Positions 41,334-50,350 of a stretch of DNA of 64,000 nucleotides are shown one piece after another. Each line of letters starts with the position of its first letter. Positions within the stretch are counted from its first letter, which is position 1. Source of the DNA: Methanocellales archaeon (lineage in GTDB: Archaea > Halobacteriota > UBA148 > JAUWXC01); contig JAUWQV010000005.1 in the NCBI GenBank assembly GCA_030610945.1, positions 7,321 to 71,320 on the forward strand, in the 5' to 3' direction. The notes below the pieces were generated by a model. The model saw only the letters and a program-made list of their open reading frames with translations. It was not told where the DNA came from and did no database searches. A program made the translations under genes and the position numbers.

Positions 41334-42150
41334 AAATCATCGCCTCTATTTTATCCACATCTACACTCGCAGAAACGACTCTGGCTAATTTATCAATTTC
41401 ATCATCTAACTCGTCAACATCCAAGTCATCATTATGCCCATCCTCAAGCCCGAGAGAGTCCTCTGCTGGAATATGTAAATTTTCTATACGTGGAACTACG
41501 CCCAGAACTGGTTTGCCGATAACTCTCTCAAGATTACTTACCTCAACTGATTCGCCATGAAATTTATTGATTATAACTCCTTCATATCGGTCCTTTTCAT
41601 CTCGCAGGAGACTCAGTGTGCCAAACAAATAAGCGAGCAAACCCCCACGCTCGACGTTATGGACAAGTATGCATTTTGCATCCATCAATTTGGCTGGATA
41701 TGTGTTTACGATGTCGTGCTGCAAAATATTGATCTCGGCAGGGCTGCCAGCCCCCTCAAGGATAATCAGATCATATTCTGATGACAGGCGCCTGAGAGAC
41801 GTCTTGACGATTCCCCGCCCTTGTCTCTCGACAAACTCATGATACTCGCCAACGTTCATGTCAGCGTAAGGTCTGCCATATACGATCACCTGGGAGATAT
41901 GATCTGCTTTTGGCTTCAACAATATCGGGTTTATGTCGACAGTGGGCTCGATCCTGGCAGCATGCGCCTGCAATGCCTGTGCTATGGCAATCTCACCGCC
42001 GTCTTTGGTGATATACGAGTTCAGCGACATGTTCTGGGCCTTGAAAGGGGCTACGCTGTAACCTTTGTCAGCAAATATCCTGCATAGCGCGGTTGTCATG
42101 ATAGTCTTTCCTGCATTAGAGGTGGTTCCATGAATCGCGATCGTCGGCAT
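41326..42150 (-). CDS. CobQ/CbiP (cobyric acid synthase) N-terminal ATPase domain only; the GATase domain is absent
   Basis: IHGTTSNAGKTIMTTALCRIFADKGYSVAPFKAQNMSLNSYIT..GGEIAIAQALQA...NPILLKP...ILEGAGSPAEIN...VERGG...IINKFHG. The protein ends after an acidic tail at 274 aa. Confidence 0.8.
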   Translation of the reverse strand: MPTIAIHGTTSNAGKTIMTTALCRIFADKGYSVAPFKAQNMSLNSYITKDGGEIAIAQALQAHAARIEPTVDINPILLKPKADHISQVIVYGRPYADMNVGEYHEFVERQGRGIVKTSLRRLSSEYDLIILEGAGSPAEINILQHDIVNTYPAKLMDAKCILVHNVERGGLLAYLFGTLSLLRDEKDRYEGVIINKFHGESVEVSNLERVIGKPVLGVVPRIENLHIPAEDSLGLEDGHNDDLDVDELDDEIDKLARVVSASVDVDKIEAMIYE

Positions 42151-42184
42151 CGATAGAATAATTTGTGATAACCTATATAAAGAT

Positions 42185-42218
42185 GGTTAACTTAACCAGC
42201 TTGATGGTTATATTAACC
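42185..42218. promoter_or_regulatory. Two operator-like palindromes, GGTTAAcTTAACC (42185..42197) and GGTTAtatTAACC (42206..42218), in the divergent cobQ-like/btuF promoter
   Basis: 17-mer direct repeat GATGGTTAACTTAACCA / GATGGTTATATTAACCA, 21 nt centre to centre. It lies just downstream of the palindromic TATA element cctatataaag (42170..42181). Confidence 0.4.
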
Positions 42219-42229
42219 AAGGTGTAATT

Positions 42230-43171
42230 ATGAACTGGAAAAAGATCGGGATAATCTTGGTAATCGTGCTGCTTTTGACGGCGCTCAGCGGTTGCGTTGA
42301 ATCAGGACAAGACTCTACACAACCAACGCCAGAGGAATACCCACTAACAATCGTAGATAGTCTGGGACGGAATGTAACGATTTTTAAGCAGCCGGAGAGA
42401 GTCGTGTCTCTAGCGCCCAGCAACACAGAGATTCTTTTTGCCCTTGACTTGGGAGATAAAGTCGTTGGAGTGACAGAATACTGCAACTATCCCTTAGTAG
42501 CACAAGAGAAAGAGAAAGTTGGGGGCTTCAGCACGGTCAGCATCGAAAGAGTTGTCGCATTAGAGCCAGATCTAATTCTAGCTGCTGGCATACATGAATC
42601 GATCGTGGGTGACTTGGAGGGACTTGGCCTAACTGTGGTAGTTCTAGATTCAAAAAACGTGGACGACATACTTGAGAACATCATACTGGTTGGGAAAATT
42701 ACTGGGCAAGTAGGAGTTGCCGAAGAACTAACAGCCAGCATGGAGCATAGGATTAATGCGATAACTGACAAGACGAAGGACGCTCAGAAACGAAAGGTGT
42801 TTTATGTAACCTGGCATGACCCATTGAAAACCGCGGGTCCAGGGACAATTACCCATGAATTAATTCAGTTAGCTGGTGGCAGTAACATCGCTGACGATGC
42901 TAAAACAAAATATCCTGTCTACAGCCTTGAAATGCTGATTGAGCGCAATCCAGACATCATCATAGTTTCTTCAGGGCACGGTGCTGGAGGCCCCACGGTC
43001 GAGAACATAGGGACTTTGCTGCAGGACAGGGGCATATCCGCCGTCAGGAACCGCAGAATCTATGAGATAGACGCGGATCTTGTCGTGAGGGATGGGCCCA
43101 GGGTAGTGGACGGGCTGGAGGAGATGGCCAAGTGCATACATCCAGAATTATTTGGGGTTACCAATGAGTAA
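42230..43171 (+). CDS. btuF: BtuF/FhuD-type periplasmic binding lipoprotein (cobamide or iron-chelate ABC transporter)
   Basis: Lipobox LLLTALSGC. RVVSLAPSNTEILFALDLGDKVVGVT...LEPDLILA. Assigned to cobamide uptake by context. Confidence 0.8.
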   Translation: MNWKKIGIILVIVLLLTALSGCVESGQDSTQPTPEEYPLTIVDSLGRNVTIFKQPERVVSLAPSNTEILFALDLGDKVVGVTEYCNYPLVAQEKEKVGGFSTVSIERVVALEPDLILAAGIHESIVGDLEGLGLTVVVLDSKNVDDILENIILVGKITGQVGVAEELTASMEHRINAITDKTKDAQKRKVFYVTWHDPLKTAGPGTITHELIQLAGGSNIADDAKTKYPVYSLEMLIERNPDIIIVSSGHGAGGPTVENIGTLLQDRGISAVRNRRIYEIDADLVVRDGPRVVDGLEEMAKCIHPELFGVTNE

Positions 43172-44210
43172 GAGTTATCTAGAAAAGGTCCTCCAGTGGA
43201 GATTGATTGTAGCCTGCCTAGTAGCAATCTTAGGGTTGACTATTGTCCTAGCGACAACCTTGGGTCCTGTGCAGATACCTCTCATGGTTGTTTTAAAGAT
43301 ACTAATCAGTAGATTGCCTTTGGTAAATGGCTTAGTTACTCCCTCCTGGTCTATTGCCGAGGATATCATAGTTTTTCAGATTCGACTACCTAGAGTCCTC
43401 TTGGGAATATTGGTAGGGGCATCTCTTAGCGTCGCAGGTGCGACGATGCAAGGACTGTTCAAAAATCCTATGGCAGATCCCTACATAATTGGAATCTCCT
43501 CTGGCGCCGCTCTGGGGGCGACCTTAGCCATGGTTGGACTTGCCCACATGAGCATGTACACCATACCATTGATGGCTTTTATCTTCGCCGTGGGTGCTAT
43601 CTTTCTTGTCTATAATATCGCAAACGTGGGAGGAAAGCTGCCGGTAGGAACATTACTACTTGCTGGGATAGCAGTGAGCCTTTTTCTATCAGCCATCACT
43701 TCATTTATGATGTACATCTCCGGCGAGAGATTACATGGGATCGTCTTTTGGCTGATGGGTGGATTGTGGGCTAGCTCATGGGATCATGTTTGGATGATCC
43801 TTCCATGGACCTGTGTTGGCATGTCGGTCATCTACATCTTCGCTCGGGATTTGAATGTAATGCTTCTAGGCGAGGAGCCAGCTCAGCATCTGGGAATAGA
43901 AGTGGAGAAGCTGAAAAAGGTTATGATGGTCTCAGCTTCTTTGATTACCGCGGCGGCAGTGGCTGTAAGTGGAATAATCGGGTTCGTTGGCCTGATAATT
44001 CCCCACATTGTGAGAATTTTAGTTGGACCGGATCACCGAATTCTTCTTCCTAGTTCTGCTCTTGTAGGAGGAATCTTCTTGGTCTGGGCAGACACCCTTG
44101 CTAGAACGATCATTGCTCCTACAGAGATACCAGTGGGCATCATTACAGCGCTCTTTGGCGCTCCGTTCTTCATTTACCTTTTGCGCAGGAGAAAGAGGTC
44201 GATGTTCTAA
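43164..44210 (+). CDS. btuC: FecCD-family ABC permease
   Basis: [44 protein letters not shown]...[15 protein letters not shown]. Confidence 0.9.
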   Translation: MSKSYLEKVLQWRLIVACLVAILGLTIVLATTLGPVQIPLMVVLKILISRLPLVNGLVTPSWSIAEDIIVFQIRLPRVLLGILVGASLSVAGATMQGLFKNPMADPYIIGISSGAALGATLAMVGLAHMSMYTIPLMAFIFAVGAIFLVYNIANVGGKLPVGTLLLAGIAVSLFLSAITSFMMYISGERLHGIVFWLMGGLWASSWDHVWMILPWTCVGMSVIYIFARDLNVMLLGEEPAQHLGIEVEKLKKVMMVSASLITAAAVAVSGIIGFVGLIIPHIVRILVGPDHRILLPSSALVGGIFLVWADTLARTIIAPTEIPVGIITALFGAPFFIYLLRRRKRSMF

Positions 44211-44223
44211 GGTGGTGATAATA

Positions 44224-45519
44224 ATGTCATTCATTACGCTAAAAATTGATAACATCGCCTGTCGCTATGAGAGCACCGAGATTCTGGAGAACATTGAGTT
44301 CTCTGCCAGTGGAGGCGACTTTGTAGGTGTGCTGGGACCAAACGGGTCGGGCAAAACGACTTTGCTCAGGAGTATTAGCAGGACGCTAAGACCGCACATG
44401 GGAGCGGTTCTTTTAAACGAAAAAGATATCTACGCTTTGCCCAGCAAAGAGGTAGCCAGAAATTTAGCTGTGGTGCCCCAAGACTCGCCAATAAGTTTTG
44501 ACTTTACAGCATTGGAAATCGTACTCATGGGAAGAACTCCCCACCTGGGCAGATTTGAGATCGAGAGTGCTAAGGATTTAACCATAGCCAAAAGGGCCAT
44601 GGAGCTAACTAATACATGGCATCTTTCCGAAAGACCGATCACCGAGTTAAGTGGAGGGGAAAGACAGCGAGTCATTCTTGCTCGTGCTCTCGCTCAAGAG
44701 CCAAAAGTTCTCCTTCTAGATGAGCCCACTACGCATCTAGATATCAACCACCAAATAGAGATATTAAGCTTAATCAAAAGACTGAACAAGGAAGAAAAGA
44801 AAATCGTCATAGCGGTCTTTCACGACCTTAATTTGGCTGCACTCTATTGTGATTTTCTCATACTACTTCACCACAGAAAGATATTTTCTCTTGGCTCACC
44901 AGAAAAAGTTCTGACGGCTGAAAACATCAAAAAGGTATACGATGCAGAGGTGTTAGTGAAAAGACATCCTGCAACCAATTCGATATATGTCACTTTACTT
45001 CCGAGGAGAAACTACGTTTCTCTCTCGACCCTCTTCCTTAAGGGGGTGTCAAAAGGGCGAAGCCCATTTGTCATTCACATAATATGTGGCGCTGGTACTG
45101 GGTCGCAGTTGATGCATCTTCTCCTCGAGAAAGGATACCAAGTAACCGCAGGTGTGCTTAATGCAATAGACACCGATCACGAAACGCATCAACATTTAGG
45201 TATTTCCATAGTCAGCGAAGCTCCGTTCTCTCCCATTTCTTGCGAGATGCACGAAGCCAATCTAGGACTAATTGATCAAGCAGATGTCGTCGTGCTGACG
45301 AACGTACCATTTGGCTATGGGAACTTAAAAAACCTGGAGGCAGCTGAGTTTGCCTTGGAAAACAAGCCAGTACTTCTTATAGAGAAGGCGCCTATCGAGC
45401 AAAGAGATTTTACCCAAGGCGAGGCAAAGAAAATCTACACTAGACTAAAAAGTAATGGTGCAATTGTTCTGCATAGCCCAGAAGAGGTTTTACCAATCAT
45501 CGAAAAAATGGCGAGGTGA
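44224..45519 (+). CDS. btuD: ABC ATPase (BtuD/FepC type) with a C-terminal extension of about 170 aa and unknown function
   Basis: GPNGSGKTT, LSGGERQRV, LLLDEPTTHLD. This is followed by FVIHIICGAGTGSQLMHLLLEKGYQVTAGVLNAIDTDHE...ADVVVLTNVPFGYGNL...PVLLIE. Confidence 0.85.
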   Translation: MSFITLKIDNIACRYESTEILENIEFSASGGDFVGVLGPNGSGKTTLLRSISRTLRPHMGAVLLNEKDIYALPSKEVARNLAVVPQDSPISFDFTALEIVLMGRTPHLGRFEIESAKDLTIAKRAMELTNTWHLSERPITELSGGERQRVILARALAQEPKVLLLDEPTTHLDINHQIEILSLIKRLNKEEKKIVIAVFHDLNLAALYCDFLILLHHRKIFSLGSPEKVLTAENIKKVYDAEVLVKRHPATNSIYVTLLPRRNYVSLSTLFLKGVSKGRSPFVIHIICGAGTGSQLMHLLLEKGYQVTAGVLNAIDTDHETHQHLGISIVSEAPFSPISCEMHEANLGLIDQADVVVLTNVPFGYGNLKNLEAAEFALENKPVLLIEKAPIEQRDFTQGEAKKIYTRLKSNGAIVLHSPEEVLPIIEKMAR

Positions 45520-45523
45520 TATA

Positions 45524-46141
45524 ATGATCGTGAAGATTGCAAAGGAACTGAGCACACCAAAGAGGGGTTTGTCACCTAACTATTCGGAGTTTCACGTGGT
45601 CATGGCCTTCTTCCTTCTTGGGAAAAATCCGATGGGTAGAAAGGCATTGGCAGAACGTCTTGATGTGGGCGAGGGGACAGTACGCACCCTGATCGAGAAG
45701 TTGCAGAGTATGGGGTTGGTTCAAGCTTCTCCAATTGGATGTCAACTAACCGAAAAAGGAAATGAAATGCTGACAAATTTCAAGAAGAGGGTTTCATATC
45801 AACCAAAGATAGAAACGGGCGTGATAACGCTCGGAAAAGCGAATTCTGCAATTCTCATCAGAGGCGCTGCTAAGCTCATAAAATCTGGAATGGAGCAGAG
45901 AGATGCTGCGATATCAGTGGGTACGATGGGCGCAACTACCATCCTATTTGACAAAGACGGCCCAAAGGTTCCCACAATCACCGCCGATGAAAACATGTGG
46001 ACACGCCTGAGAGTACTCTGCGAGGACATGAAAATGGAAAAGGGAGACGTCTTGGTAATAGGGACTGGTAAGACTGAAGAGGAAGCAGAGCGAGCTACAT
46101 GGGCAGCGGCATATACCGTGCTGGAGCGTACGCAGTCTTAG
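45524..46141 (+). CDS. wHTH (MarR-like) protein with a C-terminal putative ligand-binding domain (DUF4443-like by recollection)
   Basis: A perfect SD (GAGGTGAT) precedes the ATG at 45524. MGRKALAERLDVGEGTVRTLIEKLQSMGLV. Embedded between btuD and cobT. Confidence 0.6.
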   Translation: MIVKIAKELSTPKRGLSPNYSEFHVVMAFFLLGKNPMGRKALAERLDVGEGTVRTLIEKLQSMGLVQASPIGCQLTEKGNEMLTNFKKRVSYQPKIETGVITLGKANSAILIRGAAKLIKSGMEQRDAAISVGTMGATTILFDKDGPKVPTITADENMWTRLRVLCEDMKMEKGDVLVIGTGKTEEEAERATWAAAYTVLERTQS

Positions 46142-46149
46142 GGGTAATC

Positions 46150-47208
46150 ATGCAGAAAATCAGAGAAACGATTGATCAAATTGAGCCGCTAGATGAAAGG
46201 GCAATGAGACTTGCTAAAGAAAGACAAGACATCTTGACCAAGCCTATGGGAAGTTTAGGGGTACTGGAGGATTTATCAATTCAAGTGGCAGGGATTACAA
46301 GAAATTCCATGCCCAAGATACGTGACAAAGTGATCATAACGATGGCTGGCGATCATGGCGTGGTCGAAGAAGGAGTAAGCGCATATCCCCAGGAAGTGAC
46401 TCCCCAGATGGTCTATAATTTCATCAGGGGCGGAGCGGGCATAAATGTTTTAGGACGGCATGTTGGTGCCAGAGTTGTAGTTGTCGATATGGGTGTGGCT
46501 GCTGACGTGAAGCATCAGAATCTACTAAATAAAAAAGTGGACTATGGAACGAAAAACATGACCAAGGGCCCTGCTATGAGTGGCGAACAAGCGGTGAGGT
46601 CGATTGAAGCAGGGATAGAAGTTTTCGAAGAGGAATTGAGAAAAGGTCTGGACATCGTGGGAACAGGGGACATGGGCATTGGAAATACAACCCCCTCCAG
46701 CGCAATCGTGGCTGCTATCACAGAGGAAAAAGTTGAAAGAGTTACTGGCAGGGGAACGGGAATTGATGATGCTGCACTGAAGGCTAAGGTGAGGGCAATT
46801 AAAAAGGCACTAAAAGTCAACCAACCGGACCCAAGTGACCCTCTAGATGTTCTGGCAAAAGTTGGAGGTTTTGAGATTGGTGGATTGGCTGGTGTAGTCT
46901 TGGGTGCAGCAGCCCATAGGACACCGGTGGTAATAGATGGATTTATCTCTACTGCTGGCGCCCTTCTTGCAACAGAACTCGCCCCTCTGGCAAAGCGATA
47001 TATAATCGCCTCTCATAATTCGGTCGAGATAGGTCACAGGGTTATGTTAGAAAGAATGGGATTAAGACCTCTCCTCGACCTAGGCATGCGGTTAGGCGAG
47101 GGAACGGGCGCTGCCTTGGGGATAAGCATTGTGGAAGCGAGCACAAAGATATTGAAAGAAATGGCTACATTCGCCGATGCGGGAGTTTCGGAGGCAATAG
47201 AAGGATAA
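46150..47208 (+). CDS. cobT: Nicotinate-nucleotide--dimethylbenzimidazole phosphoribosyltransferase
   Basis: LTKPMGSLGVLEDLSIQVAG...MAGDHGV...GTGDMGIGNTTPSSAI...LGEGTGAAL. Confidence 0.9.
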   Translation: MQKIRETIDQIEPLDERAMRLAKERQDILTKPMGSLGVLEDLSIQVAGITRNSMPKIRDKVIITMAGDHGVVEEGVSAYPQEVTPQMVYNFIRGGAGINVLGRHVGARVVVVDMGVAADVKHQNLLNKKVDYGTKNMTKGPAMSGEQAVRSIEAGIEVFEEELRKGLDIVGTGDMGIGNTTPSSAIVAAITEEKVERVTGRGTGIDDAALKAKVRAIKKALKVNQPDPSDPLDVLAKVGGFEIGGLAGVVLGAAAHRTPVVIDGFISTAGALLATELAPLAKRYIIASHNSVEIGHRVMLERMGLRPLLDLGMRLGEGTGAALGISIVEASTKILKEMATFADAGVSEAIEG

Positions 47209-47218
47209 GGAGCATTCT

Positions 47219-47869
47219 ATGAGCTACATTGCATCATGGAGTGGTGGTAAGGATAGTTGCTTCGCCTGTTATGAGATAATGTCTAGGGGCTATGATATTT
47301 CCTGTCTCGTAAATTTTATTTCTGGAGAGACAAAAAGAGTGTGGTCTCATGGTACAGAGGCTAAATTGATTCAATTACAGGCAGAGGCAATCGGCATCCC
47401 GCTGTTGCAAATAGAAGCCACTCGGAATGGATATGAGGGACGGCTTAAGGGTGCTGTGCGAAGTTTGATTCCTGCTGGTGTAGAGGGCATGGTTTTTGGC
47501 GATATCCATCTTCAGGGGCATAAGGAATGGGCAGAGCGAGTTTGCGGAGAGTTAGGGATTGAGGCGATTGAGCCGCTATGGAAAAAGGATCCAGAAGAAA
47601 TTCTCATCGGGTTTATGGATGCTGGTTTTGAGGCAACGATAGTTAGCGCTAAATCTGATTTGTTTGATGAGGGATGGATTGGCCGGGAGGTGAATAGGGA
47701 GTTTTTGAAATATCTGAAAGACAATGGTATTGATATTTGCGGGGAAAATGGCGAATACCACACATTTGTGACCAATGGCCCCCTATTCAAGGAGAAGATA
47801 AAAATCACTACGGCGGAAAGGGGTGCATTCGCAGGTGCGGAGAGATCTACATCGACTCTGGAGCCGTAA
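47219..47869 (+). CDS. PP-loop ATP pyrophosphatase of the Dph6/MJ0570 (DUF71) family
   Basis: YIASWSGGKDSCFACYEIMSRGYDISCLVNF...GDIHLQGHKEWAERVC...GENGEYHTFV. Confidence 0.75.
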   Translation: MSYIASWSGGKDSCFACYEIMSRGYDISCLVNFISGETKRVWSHGTEAKLIQLQAEAIGIPLLQIEATRNGYEGRLKGAVRSLIPAGVEGMVFGDIHLQGHKEWAERVCGELGIEAIEPLWKKDPEEILIGFMDAGFEATIVSAKSDLFDEGWIGREVNREFLKYLKDNGIDICGENGEYHTFVTNGPLFKEKIKITTAERGAFAGAERSTSTLEP

Positions 47870-49553
47870 TCCCCAACAAACCCAATACATTCGCCAAGAC
47901 AATCCTTGCGCAGTCCACAAGTGCCAATCTCGCATCTCTCAGCGTATCCTCTGCCTTTAGCACAGGAACCGCGCGATAGAATTGATTGAACGTTTCAGCC
48001 AGCTCCCTTGCATAGGTCGCTACGACGTATGGCTTCAGGTCTTGCGCCGCCGAATCTACCATGCTCGGGAGAAGTGCCATCTTTTTAATTAATGCTATCT
48101 CCTCTGGCGCGGTGAGCAGAGAGGAGTCGAATCCATGCTCGATTTTTCCCGCCTTTTTCAAAATGCTACACGCCCTTGCATGGGAATACTGGATGAAGGG
48201 CGCCCCCTGTTTCTCAAAGTCCAGCGCATCCTCCCATTTAAACGTCATCATTTTTTCTGGAGCAACCTTGATGATGTCGAACCTAACAGCACCCATGCCG
48301 ACGACCTCGGCAATTTTTCGCTTCTCTTTCTCAGACAGTTCAGGCCTTCTTTTCTGAACCTCGATGTATGCTCTTTCGCATGCCTCATCCAGCAAATCAT
48401 CCAGATTGACCACAACACCCTTGCGCGTGGACATTCGTCCTTCTGGCAGCGATACAAACGAGTAGAACACTATCCTCGGCTCCTTCTTTAATCCGAGTAT
48501 CTTGAGGGCGCACTTAAGCTGCTCCATCGATAACTTCTGGTCCTCACCGAGCACGTTTATTACAACATCTGCATGCTCAAACTTCCAGAGATGGTAGGCA
48601 ACGTCCCTTGTGGTGTAAAGCGTAGTTCCGTTGAAGCGCGTCAACACAAAGTCCTTTTCCACTCCGAATGATGTCAGGTCAAGCGCTAACGCACCATCCT
48701 CCCGCTTTATGTACTTGGTCTTTTTCATTTTTTCAAGAACTTTTTTCACAGAGCCATCAATCACGAATTGGGACTCCCATACATATCTGTCGAAGGTGAT
48801 GTCAAGCCGCTCCAGGGTTTGCCTTTGCCCATCAATACACTTGTTCACCACTGTCCTGAACTTCTCAATCGTACTTGCATTGCCTGACTCATATCTGCCC
48901 AGGATTTGGGCAATTTGAGACTCTGCATCAGGGTGTTCAGCAACGATTTGAGTCGCTTTCCTGTAGTATCGCACGATATCGTAGTCCGGCTTATCTCTCT
49001 CTAATTTTTGCAATGCTTTTTGCTCTATGTTATCATAGCCCCAAACGATTGTGGCAACCTGTTTCCCCATGTCGTTTACATAATACTGTATCTCAACATC
49101 ATAGCCAGCGCACCTAAGTATCATGGCAAGGGTATCGCCTATTATGGGGTTCCGCCCCCTGCCGACGTGCAAGGGTCCGGTTGGATTTGTAGACGTATGC
49201 TCGAGAATGATGCGTTTATCCTTCTTGGGAAGCGAACCATATTTCCCGCCCTCTTTGAGAATCTGTAGGGCTGTTTGATTCAGGAATTCCATGTTGACGT
49301 AAAAATTGATGTACGGTCCTTTGGCTTCTGCACGTTCAACAAGCGTCTTTTCTGGAATTCGAATTTTTTGCGAGATATCTTCTGCGATACGCCCAGGGGA
49401 CTTCTTGTACTTTGGCGCGAGTCTGAATGCAACAGATGATGCAAGGTCGGCATAATCTGATGTCTCCAAACACAACGTCTCTACTTTGTAACCAGCTGCC
49501 TTGATGGCATCTTGCAGAAGAGACTCCACTTCGCTCTTAAACTTGAGAAACAT
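47847..49553 (-). CDS. argS: Arginyl-tRNA synthetase
   Basis: EHTSTNPTGPLHVGRGRNPIIGD, MSTRKG, a DALR-type C-terminus and a terminal ...ESM. Confidence 0.95.
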   Translation of the reverse strand: MFLKFKSEVESLLQDAIKAAGYKVETLCLETSDYADLASSVAFRLAPKYKKSPGRIAEDISQKIRIPEKTLVERAEAKGPYINFYVNMEFLNQTALQILKEGGKYGSLPKKDKRIILEHTSTNPTGPLHVGRGRNPIIGDTLAMILRCAGYDVEIQYYVNDMGKQVATIVWGYDNIEQKALQKLERDKPDYDIVRYYRKATQIVAEHPDAESQIAQILGRYESGNASTIEKFRTVVNKCIDGQRQTLERLDITFDRYVWESQFVIDGSVKKVLEKMKKTKYIKREDGALALDLTSFGVEKDFVLTRFNGTTLYTTRDVAYHLWKFEHADVVINVLGEDQKLSMEQLKCALKILGLKKEPRIVFYSFVSLPEGRMSTRKGVVVNLDDLLDEACERAYIEVQKRRPELSEKEKRKIAEVVGMGAVRFDIIKVAPEKMMTFKWEDALDFEKQGAPFIQYSHARACSILKKAGKIEHGFDSSLLTAPEEIALIKKMALLPSMVDSAAQDLKPYVVATYARELAETFNQFYRAVPVLKAEDTLRDARLALVDCARIVLANVLGLLGITAPESM

Positions 49554-49607
49554 GCCTATATCACTTAGATGCGCTCGATAATTATAGTTTGTGTTGACAC
49601 AAATCTG

Positions 49608-50210
49608 TCATTCAAAATGTATCCTTTTCATCTCATCTTCGGTGATGCCCTTCAGTTTGGCGAGGCCTGAAATGATTGAATCAAGAATTATGAGGGCGCT
49701 GCACTCAAATAGATTCCCAAGGGGGTTGAGTGGGGCATAAAGCCCTTTTTGCTCCCTGTCAAGGTAATTATTCTTTGGTACATCCATTTTCGTTTTTCCC
49801 GGCACTTCCAAGATATGGTCGCAGTATTTTCTCAGTCTGGACTCCGGGCGCGAAGTCACTCCGAAGACGATTGCACGCAACTCTTTCGAGGTCCTGGCCC
49901 TATTGACGACGTCCGGCGTCTCACCAGAACCCGAGATCAAAATTATTGCATCTCCCGCATGCATTGCCGGCGCCGATTCACTCCCTACGAAAAAAGCGTT
50001 GTACTTCAGATTGGTGAATCTGGTCACCAGTGCTTTTCCTATAAGTCCAGAGCGACCTGCACCGTAAACGTATGTGTATTTTCCTTCTGCATCTAACTTA
50101 TGCAGATTTTCAACGAACTCCTTGACCTGCACCTCCTGCATTTTATCATAAAGGGAAGATATGTGGTCTATGGTCAGTCGCAGCGACTCGTAAAACATTT
50201 TTTCAGCCAT
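49608..50210 (-). CDS. hxlB: 6-phospho-3-hexuloisomerase (SIS domain)
   Basis: YVYGAGRSGLIGKALVTRFTNLKYNAFFVGSESAPAMHAGDAIILISGSGETPDVV. Confidence 0.75.
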   Translation of the reverse strand: MAEKMFYESLRLTIDHISSLYDKMQEVQVKEFVENLHKLDAEGKYTYVYGAGRSGLIGKALVTRFTNLKYNAFFVGSESAPAMHAGDAIILISGSGETPDVVNRARTSKELRAIVFGVTSRPESRLRKYCDHILEVPGKTKMDVPKNNYLDREQKGLYAPLNPLGNLFECSALIILDSIISGLAKLKGITEDEMKRIHFE

Positions 50211-50350
50211 GGCAAAAACTCACTCCTGACTTGATTTAAATTTATTGGTGGAGAATTGGTGGAGACTATGATATTAATGTAGAACAAGAACATTATTAAG
50301 CATATATCTTAATACTAAAGATGTAGTAGAATGCGCTAAGTGTGATATTA

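Noticed and set aside
44098-46149. Upstream extensions of btuD (44098), the wHTH gene (45455) and cobT (46099) given by the ORF track
   Set aside because: The extensions overlap the preceding genes by 50-110 nt and lack homology-like sequence. Internal ATGs with good SD sequences (44224, 45524, 46150) give canonical N-termini.
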